From NCBI GenBank assembly GCA_030704615.1, contig CM060733.1, positions 4,092,001 through 4,156,000 of the forward strand: DNA of 64,000 nt, given 5' to 3'. The translations under genes and the position numbers were made by a program. Positions within the stretch are counted from its first letter, which is position 1; the number at the start of each line of letters is the position of its first letter. The notes under the pieces were generated by a model, which worked only from the letters and a program-made list of their open reading frames with translations, was not told the origin of the DNA and searched no databases. Shown one piece after another: positions 40,822 through 53,925 of the stretch. The DNA is from Takakia lepidozioides (Eukaryota; Plantae; Bryophyta).

Positions 40822-43800
40822 ATGGATATACGAAATTTTTTCGCAAAGAAAGTGGCCCCTGCCCGCTCGCGACCTGGGCCCCCAACAGCAGCCACAACAG
40901 AGAAGCGCGGAAACGGGAATGACAGTGCAGCTGAAGCGACGAGCGCCTACGAAAAGCCGTCAAAGTACTTTGGGAAGAAGCTGGCACTTCCCAAGCGCAA
41001 GGATCCTACGTCTGTTTCCGCTGCTGAGCCAGTAAGTGCCTATGTTCTCGATCAAAGTTTTAGTAATTGGCATGCTCCTTTTTAGGTGGCATGGAAGCTG
41101 TCATCTTCGTTCAGGTAGGTTTTAGAAACTGCACCCGAAGGTACGATGTACGATTTTGATGAACTGTTGGTTAAGAACTTATAGACATGCCTCATCAACT
41201 TGAAAGTGGGGTGAATTTAACTTTGTCCCACCGAGAATTATCAACTACGGATTGGGCTGATGCTGTTTCATGTCACGTGTGGTTGTCAACTCCCATGCCG
41301 AACCCAGTCTTAGTGGAACTAGAAACTCTATTTGAAACCTGTTTCATGGAGGTTCATGCAACCAGGCATCATCCACATTTGAATGTAGGTCTCAACAGAT
41401 CGGACAGTTGTTTGATTTTCTGAAATTCACTTGCAAAGAATTGGAGGCATAATCGATGGTTTGAATCCCTCCAGCTACCAGCTTTGAAGAAATCAAAATC
41501 TCTGGCGAATGGAGAAACAATTCTTGTAGTGGAGGCTGATGCCACCTCTGTGACAAATCAGCCAGATGCTGTCATCAAGAACTGCGTAGATGCATTGGGT
41601 CTCCCCAACAATGTGGACAAAGACCGACTTAATCTATCAAGAGAGTGCGATGAAGTTATGGGTCAACAGCCTGAGAAATCAGACCTCCCTAATGCTACTC
41701 CTGGGATCCCCACTGTTGTCTCCACGGAGCGTGATGATGCCACTGTAAAATGCCTATCTCTGCCCAACAATGACGCAACACGGAGTAGCAAGAACATTGT
41801 GGAGTCTCTACCGTCAGCTGCAATGGACCTATCTCTTGCACCAACTTTGGAACCCAGTCCTTTCAAACGGTTGAGAAAGCTGAGTGAATACACTGGGATT
41901 AAAGAAGTTTGCAGGAAAGGAGAAGCTCATGGGACACCTGGCAAAACTATGCAGAGGCCAGTTGTTACTTGTCAACAGCCTGAGAAATCAGGCCTCCCTA
42001 ATACTACTCCTGGGATGCCCACTGATGTGTCCACGGAGCGTGATGATGCCACTGTAAAATGCCTATCTCTGCCCAACAATGATGGCAAGAATCTTGTGGA
42101 GTCTGTACCGTCAGCTGCAATGGACTTTGTACCAACTTTGGAACCCAGTCCTTTCAATCGGTTGAAAAAGCTGAATGAGTACACAGGGATTAAAGAAGTC
42201 TGGAGGAAAGGAGAAGCTCATGTGACACCTGGCAAAATTATGCAGAGCCCACTTGTTACTTGTCAACAGCCTGAGAAATCAGGCCTCCCTAATACTACTA
42301 CTCCTGGGATCCCCTCTGATGTGTCCACTGAGCGTGCTGATGCCACTGTAAAATGCCTATCTCTGCCCAACAATGATGGCAAGAATCTTGTGGAGTCTCT
42401 ACCGTCAGCTGCAATGGACCTATCTCTTGTACCAACTTTGGAACCCAGTCCTTTCAATCGGGTGAAAAAGCTGAGTGAGTACACAGGGATTAAAGAAGTG
42501 TGCAGGAAAGGAGAAGCTCCTGGCAAAATTATGCAGAGCCCCCTTGTTACTGGTGAGTGCTGTGGAAACTGCCTAACTCCAGCCCTAAACCCACTTGATT
42601 CTTGGCTTGAGTCTGGTTCTGAAGAAATGGTATTCCAGTTTTTGCTGTTGGAAAGAGAACTAGGGGCAGGAAGGAGTCTGGTAGAGAAGGTTAAGGGAAG
42701 GAAGGTTTTTTTACTTGATTCTTATTTCAGGGGAGTGCCATCTCTAATCCAAAGGTGGTCATGAGCTGTTAGGTGTGTGCAAAATTGCTCAAATTCCCCA
42801 TGCTTTCTTGAGATCTGTTGCTTTGCTTACGACAAAAAGTGCTGACTGGGGTGCCTGGGATGTGGTGGGGATCATGAGAGCAGAGTCTCCTACAGTTCCT
42901 GGTAAAGCCAGGCTTGGCATGCTGATTCCATGCAGCAGCAACTCTCTTACACCCTTGCCCAACCATTCCGGAAAAGGTCCGGTGGTCTCTGCAGACGAGG
43001 GACACCTATGGACTTCAAAATACAGGCCTCGTTGTTCAGCGGATCTTGTGGGAAACCCCCAGCTGGTGAGGACCATTTGATTTGTTTTCCAAATCAGCAA
43101 TTTGAAGTTTAATGTAAAGCTATTCCGCCGTCTTTTGATTCAAATGACTGGTAATGGTTGCACTGGATAAAGGGGTTTCTTACCTTTGTTTGATGGATGA
43201 ACGTTAGTAATATTTGCATCGATTGATGGGTACCCTGCAATTTGCAGTCCTCAATTTACTCGCAACACTACTACGCTCAACCGTCATTGCTCACAATTCA
43301 GAGAATGCCTCCATTAAATTTGCCCGCATTAGTGTTGAAATCACAAAATCGCCTTACTATACTTGTAATGGAGACTTATTCCTTACAATTTCTGTCACAT
43401 GCAGATATCGCGCCTACGAGAATGGCTTCTTAAATGGGACAGCAACCACCTGCATGCAGCTGGTGGGGCAAGCTCCAGCAAAGGCCGGGGCAAACCTAGT
43501 GAGGATAACAGAAAGGCTGCCCTTATGAGTGGTCCCCCTGGCATAGGGAAGACAAGTTCTGCCACAATTCTGAGCCAGGAATTAGGCTATAACATTGTGG
43601 AGGTAAGATTGAAGCTCCCCATTTTTCTAAAGTTGGGTCTGAGTTCACTTCTGAGCAGGCTTGAACCCTTGTGATTAAACAACTTTTAGGATGAACAGAT
43701 GTCTCATCTGTATATACAACTACCCACTGACCTCGAGCTAAGGTGTAATCCCTGTTTGGGGATAAAAGGGCATTAGAACCTGTGCATTAGTAGTTAAATG

Positions 43801-46800
43801 TTTGCTTGAATGTGAAACACTTGCGCGAATGAGATCACGTATCAGCTAGAAGACTGCACATGAATGCAGGTGAATGCAAGTGATTCTAGGGGGAAGGCAG
43901 ACGGCGATCTGAAGCAGGGAGTGGCAGGCAGGACCAGCAACAAAATCAAGGAGCTCATAACCAACCACTGCATGGCATTTGGACAGGGAGCATCCATGTC
44001 TGCCAAGAAGATGGTGCTAATCATGGATGAGGTTGACGGCATGTCAGGGGGTGATCGTGGTGGTGTGCAAGATTTGATCAAGTCAATAAAAGCTGCAAAG
44101 ATCCCAATAATCTGTATCTGTAATGATAAATATAATCGTAAGCTTCAGTCACTGGTCAACCACTGCATGGAGCTCAACTTTCAGAAACCCACCAAGCCAC
44201 AGGTATGGTCTGTAACACGAATGTAACTGAAGTTTTTGATTTTTTCCGAGTATGTTGTAGGCTAATTGTGGCATATCTGCATGTCTCGAGTTTTTGTGAG
44301 TGTGGTACTTCAAAGTACAAGTAGTCATGTCCAGTTCTCAAGAGATAGTATTGCCGTTCTTGCAGCTGTGTTCCTGTTTCTTAATAGTAGCTGTAATCAT
44401 TACGTTGGTGACAGATCTGCCGAAGACTGATTGACATAGCCAAAAAGGAAAATCTTCAAGTTGACGAGGTGGGTTCAGTCGGGTATTTCTTTCATGTGTC
44501 CACTTCTGCTCAACATCAGAGAAGAATTGTCCATCGATCCCGTAAACATTGACCCTCTGAAGCGCAATTGATTGGGGAAAACCTGCCTTCCTAGAAATGA
44601 TCACATCCGTTGTGACCCGGGCACATGGCCGCCTGAGAAGCGGTCGTGGGTTCAAAGCCACATATGTTGGATGTGACCCATCATAAGTCACCCCAGCTAT
44701 AAAAGGGGGTCACTGGTCACCTAATGTGTGGGTACCTTGGGGCTCTAGAGTCCTTATGGGAGGTTATGGCCATCCCAACTACAGCTAGCTCCTTTCAGGG
44801 TAAAGTGACACGGTAATTCATGTTTGTTTCGGCAGGAGTCAGACATTGTTTTTTCCTTTGACCCACTAGAGAATCCCCTTCTTATAGTCAGTGAGCAGAA
44901 CTGATTGACCCTCCACAATGATCACATTTCATTGGTTTGCAATCTATGTAGTTCTCTTTCCCTCACTTTCAGGAGTAAATGCCTTAATAATCACAGGTGA
45001 TCTAATGGGCTCCATGAGAACACCACCCAGGCTCAAAGATACCATTTATAAGTTTAGACATACCTGTGGTCTGTAGATGGTAAGACGATGTGGACATTTT
45101 CTTCACTATCAGGCACTGCGACACTCTGAGCATTCTGGCATATTTTCAGCCGAGTACTGGTTATGTATTTTGCACAATGCTTATGATCTATGTGTCTTGT
45201 CCAATGGCAGAGGACTCTGGAAGCTCTACTGGACAGTGTACAGTGTGATATCCGCCTGGCGCTAAATCACATGCAGGTGAGGATAGCCTGTGAGTTGACT
45301 GAGTCTAGTGGAAGTAGTCACCACAGCGAAGACTTTGTTTCTCAAGCAATACAAGTGGTCTGAGTTTAGGATAACTTCTCGTCTCAATTATGTTCTTATA
45401 GAGGTTGCTGTCCAATGTTTCAGTTTATTGGAGCAAAGGTTCTTCCCTATGCTGACACAGTCAAGAAGGCACAAGAAAGAGCCAAGGATGTGGCCCTCAG
45501 TCCCTTCAATGCAGCTGAACGGTATGGTACATTGCAACCAGAATAGTCGTTTACCTCACAATAAGAAATAAGAAAGCGTCACGGCATATCTGAGGTTAAA
45601 GGTTCCACACTGCCATACCACATTATTTCTCCTCCATTGTGGTATTTTCCTGTGTTGGGTAACAACAACTCTTCATTTTCATGTTAATCTGAGAAATGTG
45701 GTGTCTTCCCACACTTGTACAATTAGATGGGAATTTCAAAGCTGAGGGGCATAAATAGCCTCATTCAATTGTTTGGTTTGTCTGCAGTAAAAGAAGGAGA
45801 CTGTTCTGCTTGTATTTCACATCCTGCTCCCATTGTTTGTAAACCGAAAGGAGACAAAAGGAGATAGATCTTGAACATGAGTGTGTCCATATTAGCTGAT
45901 AACCGTCCATGTTACCTTGGGCAAACTACAGATTACTGTCCGGCGCTGGCAAGGATATGTCTTTAGAGGATCGAATCAATTTGGTGTTCCAAGATGCTGA
46001 CCTTGTTCCACTACTCATCCAGGTTTGGAAATAGAAGTTGTCCATGTGATTAATTTTCTGGAGGTCAGCAGTGTTTTGAAGTCTTGATAAAGGATCTAGT
46101 CACAATGCGAGGAAAATTCCTTACAATGTAGTAAGTTTGTCAGTCTTGCATTGTCAGCTATTCAGGAGAAGGACAGAGAGGAACAAAGAAATCTATAACG
46201 ACCATAGGGGCCCAAGGAGACAAGTCAAACATTCCAGTAGAACCATAGAATCCTAAGGACAAGTGCTGCATGAAAAGAGATGGACAGGTGTGTATAGATT
46301 TGTGACAGTTGCAGCAACATGAAAAGCCCTCATGGAGGCTAATATGATGTTGGATAGCTACTACAGGAAAACTATGTGAATTACTGTCCCTTTGGAGAAA
46401 AAAGGGATGGCGTGAGAATTGAGATGGTATCCAGAGCAGCAGATACATTGTGCATAGGGGATGTGGTGAACAAGGTGGTGCGGCAACACCAGCGGTGGGA
46501 CCTCATGCCCTTAGCATGTGTGGAGTCAGCCGTGGCCTGGTAAGAATCACAACTTGTGGCTTTGTTTTTATATTTCAGCTGTGTGGCATGTAGGCAGGTA
46601 GCTTTCAGCAGTCAACTACAATCAATTACCCTGACGTCCGAGTGACAGTTGTCCATGGAACTGACTGTGTATTGCATGCAGTTCTGCAATCGTATGCGGC
46701 TCCAGAGAAACCTTCTTCCCAGTAAGATCAGCCCTTTCCTCTCCTTTCGCACTGATGTCCATATTGTGGGGTCTACATAAGTAAGTAGCAGAACTCCTGT

Positions 46801-48637
46801 CCGGAGAATCATACCATTTTGGGCTTCAGGTTTCATTGGATGGATGAGACAGTTTTTACGTCTGATACGAAATATAGAACTTTGTGTGGGCTTTGTCAAG
46901 TCAGCATGACTCACCCGGATCTGGAATTATCAACTATGCCATTTTGCAAACATCTCCTTCATTGAAAGGTTTACAGGAGTCCGGAAAGGGTTCAGTTGTG
47001 ATAGTGCAGCTTGCATACTGACCCTGTAATGGCATGCATGGCCTCTGTCCACAGAGTGAGCGGTCCTTCCTCAGATTTTCAGGCTGGCTTGGTAAAAATT
47101 CATCGGCTGGCAAGAATGTCCGGTTGCTCTCCAACACGCAATTGCATCTGCTTGTCTCTGGAAACTGTCCCACTACACGGTCCGCTTCTTCACCTCTCAC
47201 ATCTTACTCTGCTTGATACACAATGTCAAATTGAATCGCCACACTTTAGACAAGATGGCCATTGTGTGACTAAGTGTAAAGAAATGCACAGTCAAAACAC
47301 TTGTATACATGAGCTGTGTTGTTTGTAGTTCAAGTGAGCTTCCAATCATTTGATTCTTTATATATGCATGTTTACGCAAGCTCCTTCAGCTACGCTTCTA
47401 GCAAACCTCTTTGAGCAGTTTTGTTCAAAAATTTGCTTCTGAGGACAAGCTAAAGTGAAATTGTGGGTCCTACTTCATAAGTGTTATGCTTGAGTGAAGA
47501 TGCTGACTGTTATGCTTAGATTTGCCTGCGGAGTGCTAGTTGACATCATGGCCGAGTTTCACGTTGCTAATGGGAACTGGCAGAAACTCAGTACAATGAT
47601 CTGTATAATGGTATGCCCTACTTATATTATGGCATGTTTCTGCAGGACTGCATTGCGGCTGGACTACATGCCTCAATTGTGTCGAAGCCTGGTCCTCCCA
47701 CTGCGTGAAAGAGAAAAGGTGAGACCCTTTCCTTACACGTTCTGTTCTTGACACTTGGTGAGTTGTTTAGAGCTGTAGAAAGGGTAAGATCAAACTAGAA
47801 ATGCCCTAAACATAAGAGCTGCTGATGTTCCTTTGCTATGTGTGGTAGCAGGAGGGGGTGGAGCAGGTCATTGGTGTCATGGAAGAGTACTGCTTGTCAC
47901 GTGAGGACCGTGACGCCATCCTTGAAATAAGCCAGCTTAAGGTAGACGCAATTTCTGCCCCCTTCCACCCCCTCCCCCCCCCCCAAGTTGGCAGATTGGA
48001 TAGGAATGGAATGGACAGAGACAATACTGTTACAAATGTGAGGGAATAATTTCAAATGAATTGATAAGCTGCTTGGATGGAACAGGGACAAAAGGATCCA
48101 ATGGAAGGCATATCAGTGCAAGTGAAATCCACATTCACGCGGCTGCTGAACCAACGAGCAAGTGAAAGGATTGTGAAGTCCAGCATTCTGCTGGATGATA
48201 TCAAGGTCAATAAAGGGCATGGAACATCACAGATTTATGAAGCTCCTGACAATGACCTCATGGCAGGTATGCACATGCTGTTCCAAACTACTTGGTAACA
48301 ACGTGAAGTGTAGAGCTAAACCTTGTCACTGGGATACTAGGTACATATGCTCAGGTTTTCATTTGTCCTCCATAATACTGTACTCTGCTTAGTGACAAGC
48401 TGGGGTAAATGAGAGTTCCCTGACAGTCATTTCTCGATTGTCACTTCAGTGGATGAGTTAGGGGAAATCATGGAGGAGGAGCTACTTGAGGGAAAGCAAG
48501 ACGATGCCACTGTCATTCCAGGTGTCCGCTGTAAAAACTCGAACAAAACAGGTGTTGCTGGCCCAAAGTCTAAGAGAGGGCAAAGTCGTGGTGGAAGGGG
48601 ACGGGGTGCTGGAAGAGGAGGAAAATCCAAGGTGTAA
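40822..48637 (+). CDS. RFC1: Replication factor C subunit 1-like AAA+ clamp loader (multi-exon, lacking BRCT)
   Basis: MDIRNFF start; WTSKYRP; Walker A SGPPGIGKT (43405-43602); VNASD.RGKAD and Walker B LIMDEVDGMSGGDRGG, PIICICND (43870-44202); further exons at about 44415-44468, 45211-45276, 45424-45521, 45932-46023, 46367-46540, 46682-46721, 47056-47179 (FSGWLGKNS), 47646-47718, 47852-47941, 48086-48266 and 48449-48637 (RGG tail). All are GT-AG bounded. Confidence 0.88.
41663..42552 (+). repeat. Three in-frame tandem repeats of about 290-310 bp in RFC1-like exon 2
   Basis: Units start at tcaacagcctgagaaatcag at 41663, 41972 and 42263, each encoding QQPEKS.LPN.TPG...EPSPF.R.KKL.EYTGIKEV...PGK.MQ.P.VT. 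Confidence 0.95.
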
Positions 48638-49483
48638 ATTTGTATGATTTCAAGACCTCCATGTTGCAACAAACTAAATGCTCTGGTCAATCTTACCTGC
48701 TGAAGCTGCAAGGTAATGTTGCTCGATCTGGCTGAGAGATGTATGAGAGCAAGACGACCTTATGCTTCAAACCTGCAGCCAGAGACAGCATAGACCCCTT
48801 AAAGGTAACTGGGAAAGTCAGTATGGACTCGCAAACGATCCCCAGCGGATGAGGGTTCCTTTTTGTGTAATCGCTTTTACTCGCCTCAGTAAGACACGTA
48901 GTGTGGCATTCGGTGATTACAGACACAGCCAGAGAGGGACTCCAGGAAATTTCCTTCCCAATCATTTGAAGTGATAAGATCCTCCACCACTTTTAACTTG
49001 ACTTTCCAGCGGCATTGTACCAGTTGCAGTTCTCTACCTGGTTTGTGATCCTGTTATGTGAAAGGAGATTGTTCTTGAATAAAAGCAGTTTCATTATCAA
49101 AAAATTCAACACGTGGATATAGCACACCGAGCCCAACCTGTCATGTGTGAAGTTCATCTCACTAAGCTCTCAGGCTGACTCAGTTGATTCTTTGTGCTGA
49201 ATACAATTGAATCCAGCACCCCGACATTGAGAAGCTTCTATTTAATGATGGCTGCAAAACTGGGCTAAGAGGTCTAGCCTTCTTGAATCAATTGGAAACC
49301 TCCTAGTTAGTTGGTACAAAACTTTAAATACCCACAATTTCACAAGCTTTTCTTCTTGTTATTGGCTCCCTGCAATCTGCAGTGAGATTTTCTCCATTTC
49401 ACCGGTATTTGTGTTCATCACCACCAGCAGCTCTTATCACATTGCAGTACTAACTGTGTCGCTCAAAATAGTTCCCTTCACCT

Positions 49484-49810
49484 TTACTTCTTGGATATAA
49501 ACATGCAGACGATGGCCTTTCGGAACTCCCAATTGGAGTGACGTAATTTCATGTTTTGCTTGTTTAACCAGTAATCTCCACAGGAACAAACCCCATTTTG
49601 GAAGTGGTGAAAGCGGTTGGCATCCCGTACAATAACAACTCGGCTAACTATTTTTGAGATGAACTTGGTGGCAGTGTGGCAGTCACCACACACACATAGG
49701 TTCTTGATAACGGGGATAGGTGCCCCAGGGATTGTGCTGATGAGCCCAAAAACATTAGCAAGCTTCTCACTGTGGTGCCAAAGAGAAAGCTCCTTTTCAT
49801 CCTCCTCCAA
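49484..49810 (-). pseudogene. DYW cytidine deaminase domain, out of frame with the upstream PPR ORF
   Basis: HHSEKLA...[10 protein letters not shown]...[18 protein letters not shown]. About 32 nt encoding (Y)xPDTxFVLHD are missing relative to the paralogue at 23905-23945, and the stop after DYW is lost. Confidence 0.88.
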
Positions 49811-52800
49811 ACCCAGCCTCCTTCATTTGCCCAGACAATCTCTTGAGTGCAGCATATATTTGCTCCATTTGTGGATGTAATTTATCCTCAACAACAAATG
49901 TATGCACCTGGTTGTCCACCACAATGCAGCTGTGCCCTGGCTCCTTCCTCACACCTTTATCCTCCATCATTTTTCTCACCTTTGCTCTGTCATCCCACCT
50001 GCCAGCTGCCCCATAGATGTTTGATAGCAGCACATAAGGTGCAGTATGGTATGGATCCCCCTTAAGAAGGTACATTGCCGCACATTCTGCAAGCTCCACA
50101 TGGCCATGAATTTTGCAGGCACCAAGCAAGGCCCCCCATACCCTGGCATCTGGTTCGATCGGCATTTTGTTAATGAAACCCGCTGCCTCATCCAATCTCC
50201 CTGCACGGCCGAGGATGTCCACCATGCAGCCAAAATGCTCCACAGTAGGAGTGATACCATGATCTCGACTCATGGACTCAAAGTGGTGAAGACTTTCATC
50301 CACCAAGCCCACATGGCTACATGCAGAAAGGAGAGATATGAAGGTGATACTATTCGGCTTCAAGGCTTCCTGTTGCATTTGTTCAAATAGTTGCAGGGCT
50401 TCCCTACCACACCCATGCTGGGAACATCCTGCAATCATAGCATTCCAGGAGATCACATTTCGTTCAGCCATATTGTCAAAAACTTGTCGTGCATTCATCA
50501 TGCCCCCACATTTCACATACATGTCAACAAGGGCAGTCTCCAGATTAATACATGACGCAATTCCAGCTTTGACAATGTCAACCTGAACCTCTTTGCCCTT
50601 CTCCAGGGCTCCGAGGCCAGCACATGCATTGAGAACACAAAGGAACGTAACCCTGTCAGGCACCACCTCTTCCCGTTGCATCTGCTCGTAGATCTTCAAA
50701 GCCTCCCAACCGAGCCCCTGCTGAGCATATCCTGTGATCATAGCGTTCCATGAGACAACATTTCGTTCAGCCATACCGTCAAACACTTTCCGTGCGTTGA
50801 TCATGCTCCCGCACTTAGCATATACATCAGCAAGAGCAGTCTGCAGAATAATATCTGGATGTATTCGAGCTTTAATGATGTCAGCATGGGCCTCCTTGGC
50901 CATTTCCAGGGCTCCCAGGCTAGCACACGCATTGAGAACACAAATGAATGTGACCTGGTCAGGGGTCACCTTTTCTCTCCGCATCTGCTTATATACCTCA
51001 AAAGCCTCCCTACCACAACCATGCTGAGCATATCCTCCAATGAGGATGTTCCATGAGACCGCATTTCTTTTAGCCATATTATTGAACAATTGACGCGCAT
51101 CCGTCATGCTCCCACATTTGGCATATACATCAGCAAGGGCCGTCTCGACAAATATATCTGGCACAATTCCAGCTGTCATGATGTCAGAATGGACCTCTTT
51201 GGCCATTTCCAGGGCTCTTAGACTGGCACATGCGGTGAGGACACAGATGAACGTGACCCTGTCAGGCGTCACCCCTTGCTGTTGCATTTGCTCATAGATG
51301 TCAAAAGCCTGCCTACCACAACCATGCTGTGCATATCCTGTGATCATCACATTCCATGAGACAACATTTCGTTGGGCCATATTGTCAAACACTTGCCGAG
51401 CATCCTTCATGCTCCCACATTTGGCATACATGTCAGCAAGAGCAGTCTCCACAATGATATCTGGCGCAATTTTAGCTTGAATAATGTCAGCATGGACCTC
51501 TTTGCCCTTTTCTAAAGCCTCTAGGTTGGCGCACGCACTGAGAATGGAAATGAATGTAATCCTGTCAGGTGTCATGCCATCCAGTTGCATTTGCTCATAC
51601 ATCTTGAAAGCCTCCCTACAACACCCATGCTTGGCATAACCTCCAATCATTATATTCCATGTGGCTGCAGTTCTTTCAGGCATTTTGTCAAACACTTTGC
51701 ATGCATCAGCCACACTTCCGCACTTGGCATACATATTGACAAGGGTGTTTAGGAGAAAGATATTTGGCTTGAATCCACTTTGGATAATGTGGGCGTGCAC
51801 TTGCTTTCCCTCCAACAGGTCTTTCATGGCAATGCACTCCTGCAAGCGACAGACATAAGTATTGGAGTCTTCCCAAATGCCTCGTTGGTTCAAAGTGTTT
51901 AGGACCTCTTTCAGTTGTCCTGTCTTACACGGTGTCCTCACATCCCCACGAGAGCCAGAAGAGCTCTTGTTGACTCCCACTCTGGATCCTCTTTCGGAAA
52001 CAGCGGTGATGGTGGAGGTACTACTGTCAGGGTCAACAAAAAACCGTGGCCAATTCAACTTGCCATCCTGACGCAAACTCTTGGACACAAACCTTAATAC
52101 TGAATCACAGTCTCAAAGCTCGTAGCTACTCCACAGCAAGATCTCATTGCAAGGACAAGCATCTTTCAGAGGTTTATAGAAATAGTGCAGTCATCTAATT
52201 TTACAGGATAAACTGAACCAATTTTGTCTGTTCGAGTTGGAATCCACTTCAATACCTGGTGCATTCTCCATCTGCAGCTCCATGCTGTGGATTGCAATTA
52301 GACCCATCACCAAATTGTCCTGGACTTTGGATCCTGGCAGCAAGCTCTGCCTTCACCCAAGGAGGGTTTGACCAACTCTCGATCCAAAGGACCTCCTTTG
52401 TGCGCTTATGTCTGAAGTCTGGTGATCTTGGACTTCTCTGTAAAAACCGAATGGCAGCTGAGGAGCCATTGCTTGAACCCGAGCCTTGCATAGAAAATAA
52501 CAAAAGCTGCAAGCATCTCTGAAACAACATGGAACAAAACTGACTAAAGAACGAACAATCTACTGGACCACCGACAGTAAGATTTTCTATTGTGTTTAGT
52601 GCATGACGAAGAGCAAAATTCGCATGATTTAAGATCAACTGTAGATACAATCTGGCCCACAAGACATCATCATGCAGTTTCAGTCACAAGCCCTGCTTTG
52701 GATTAAAGATAGCCTTACCTTGTCAGACCTGTTGTCCCACCATTGTGAAGGGTCTGAGAAAAACTTGTGCCAGCGCTGTTCCATGTTGATTGTTTGACCT

Positions 52801-53570
52801 GTACGAAGAAATACCACAAGAACGTGAGAACTTGCCAGCTTTGATTGCCCTAGTCCATAGTATGGAGTGCTATTGCACATCCGGCCTTGTGCAAATAACG
52901 AACATGCAAACATACCAAAAGATTACAGATGTTCCAGAACATACTAATGGGTCTTGTGTTGGCCAAGGCTGCCCCTTAAGCAAGGCTGATTGTGGATGAT
53001 ACTCACGGTCCTCTACGGCCCGTTCTCGACCAGAATCTGCCATCCCAGCAGAGTCCGCACTCCAGTCTGGAAGAGCCACCGGAGCTCCAATGTTCGCACA
53101 AGAATCACAGCCATACTCTGATATCCCTCCACCATCCCATTGTGCTCGACAATGCATGGTGGTTGGTAGCTCCGCTTTCACCCAAGGACGGCTTGAATAG
53201 CTCTCAATCCAAAGGGCCTCCTTCGTGTGCTTACATATGAAGTCCGGTGATCTTGGATGTTTCTGTGGAAACCGACTGAGCAGCCATAGCTTCAACCACA
53301 GCATTACATAGACCAGGGTGCAACCCTCAAAGCTGCACACGCATGGTATGAATCTTAATTGCCATCAATCAAAGCAATTGGGAAAACGGTCATGCGGACA
53401 GAAATACAATCAGCTAAAAATCAGAAAAGTATCAACTGCCTTTCTATGACAAACAGAAATTTTGTTCAGTAACAAAAAAGATGATACTTACCTTACAGAC
53501 CTGTTGTCCCACCATTGAGTAGTGTCTAACATGAATTCCTGCCACAGCTGTAGTAAGCTTGTTGCCTCTC
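49797..53570 (-). CDS. Two OSB-type PDF motifs fused to a PLS-E PPR protein; exons about 53570-53492, 53262-53007, 52798-52719, 52437-52256 and 52092-49797
   Basis: Spliced product reads [19 protein letters not shown]|[28 protein letters not shown]...[19 protein letters not shown]|[32 protein letters not shown]...TR|FVSKSL, then a PLS array and E domain. Intron phases 0, 1, 0 and 2 all keep the frame. The 5' end is unresolved because of a retroelement insertion. Confidence 0.85.
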
Positions 53571-53925
53571 CTGCATGGGAAAACCTGCAACGGGAGGACC
53601 GCCTATGTCCAGCTTGCATAGGGCGCAGCAAGGAAATTGAAACTGACGAACACTTCTTCTTCTACTGCCCTCTGTACTACGAGATCCGTGGGAGATTTCA
53701 CTGTTTATTCAGTGGAACCCAAACTCTCACTGATGTCTTCCACTATGAGGATACAAAATGCTTGGCAGCCTACCTGCACGAGGCCTTCACCCTTAGACAA
53801 TCGCTAGAACATTAATTGTGGTTTCTGGATTTGTTCCTCTCTCACGTTTTCTTCCATTTTGTCCCATAAGCTCTATGAGCTTTCAGCGGACGTTATAAAG
53901 CACCATTTCCATTTCATTTCATTTC
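53571..53925 (+). mobile_element. 5'-truncated RTE/RTEX-like non-LTR insertion
   Basis: WENLQREDRLCPAC...EIETDEHFFFYCPLYYEIR CCHC finger, stop at 53815, 3' UTR ending ttataaagcaccatttccatttcatttcatttc; ctctc on both flanks. Confidence 0.8.

Noticed and set aside
41663-42552. Regularly spaced repeats as a possible CRISPR-like or non-coding array
   Set aside because: Whole units of about 300 bp are duplicated in frame with no unique spacers, so this is a coding tandem repeat in a eukaryote.
39232-53570. Functional cluster of plastid nucleoid genes (PTAC18 near an OSB/pTAC9-like PDF fusion)
   Set aside because: The genes are separated by nuclear RFC1 and plant gene order rarely implies shared function; there is no supporting evidence.
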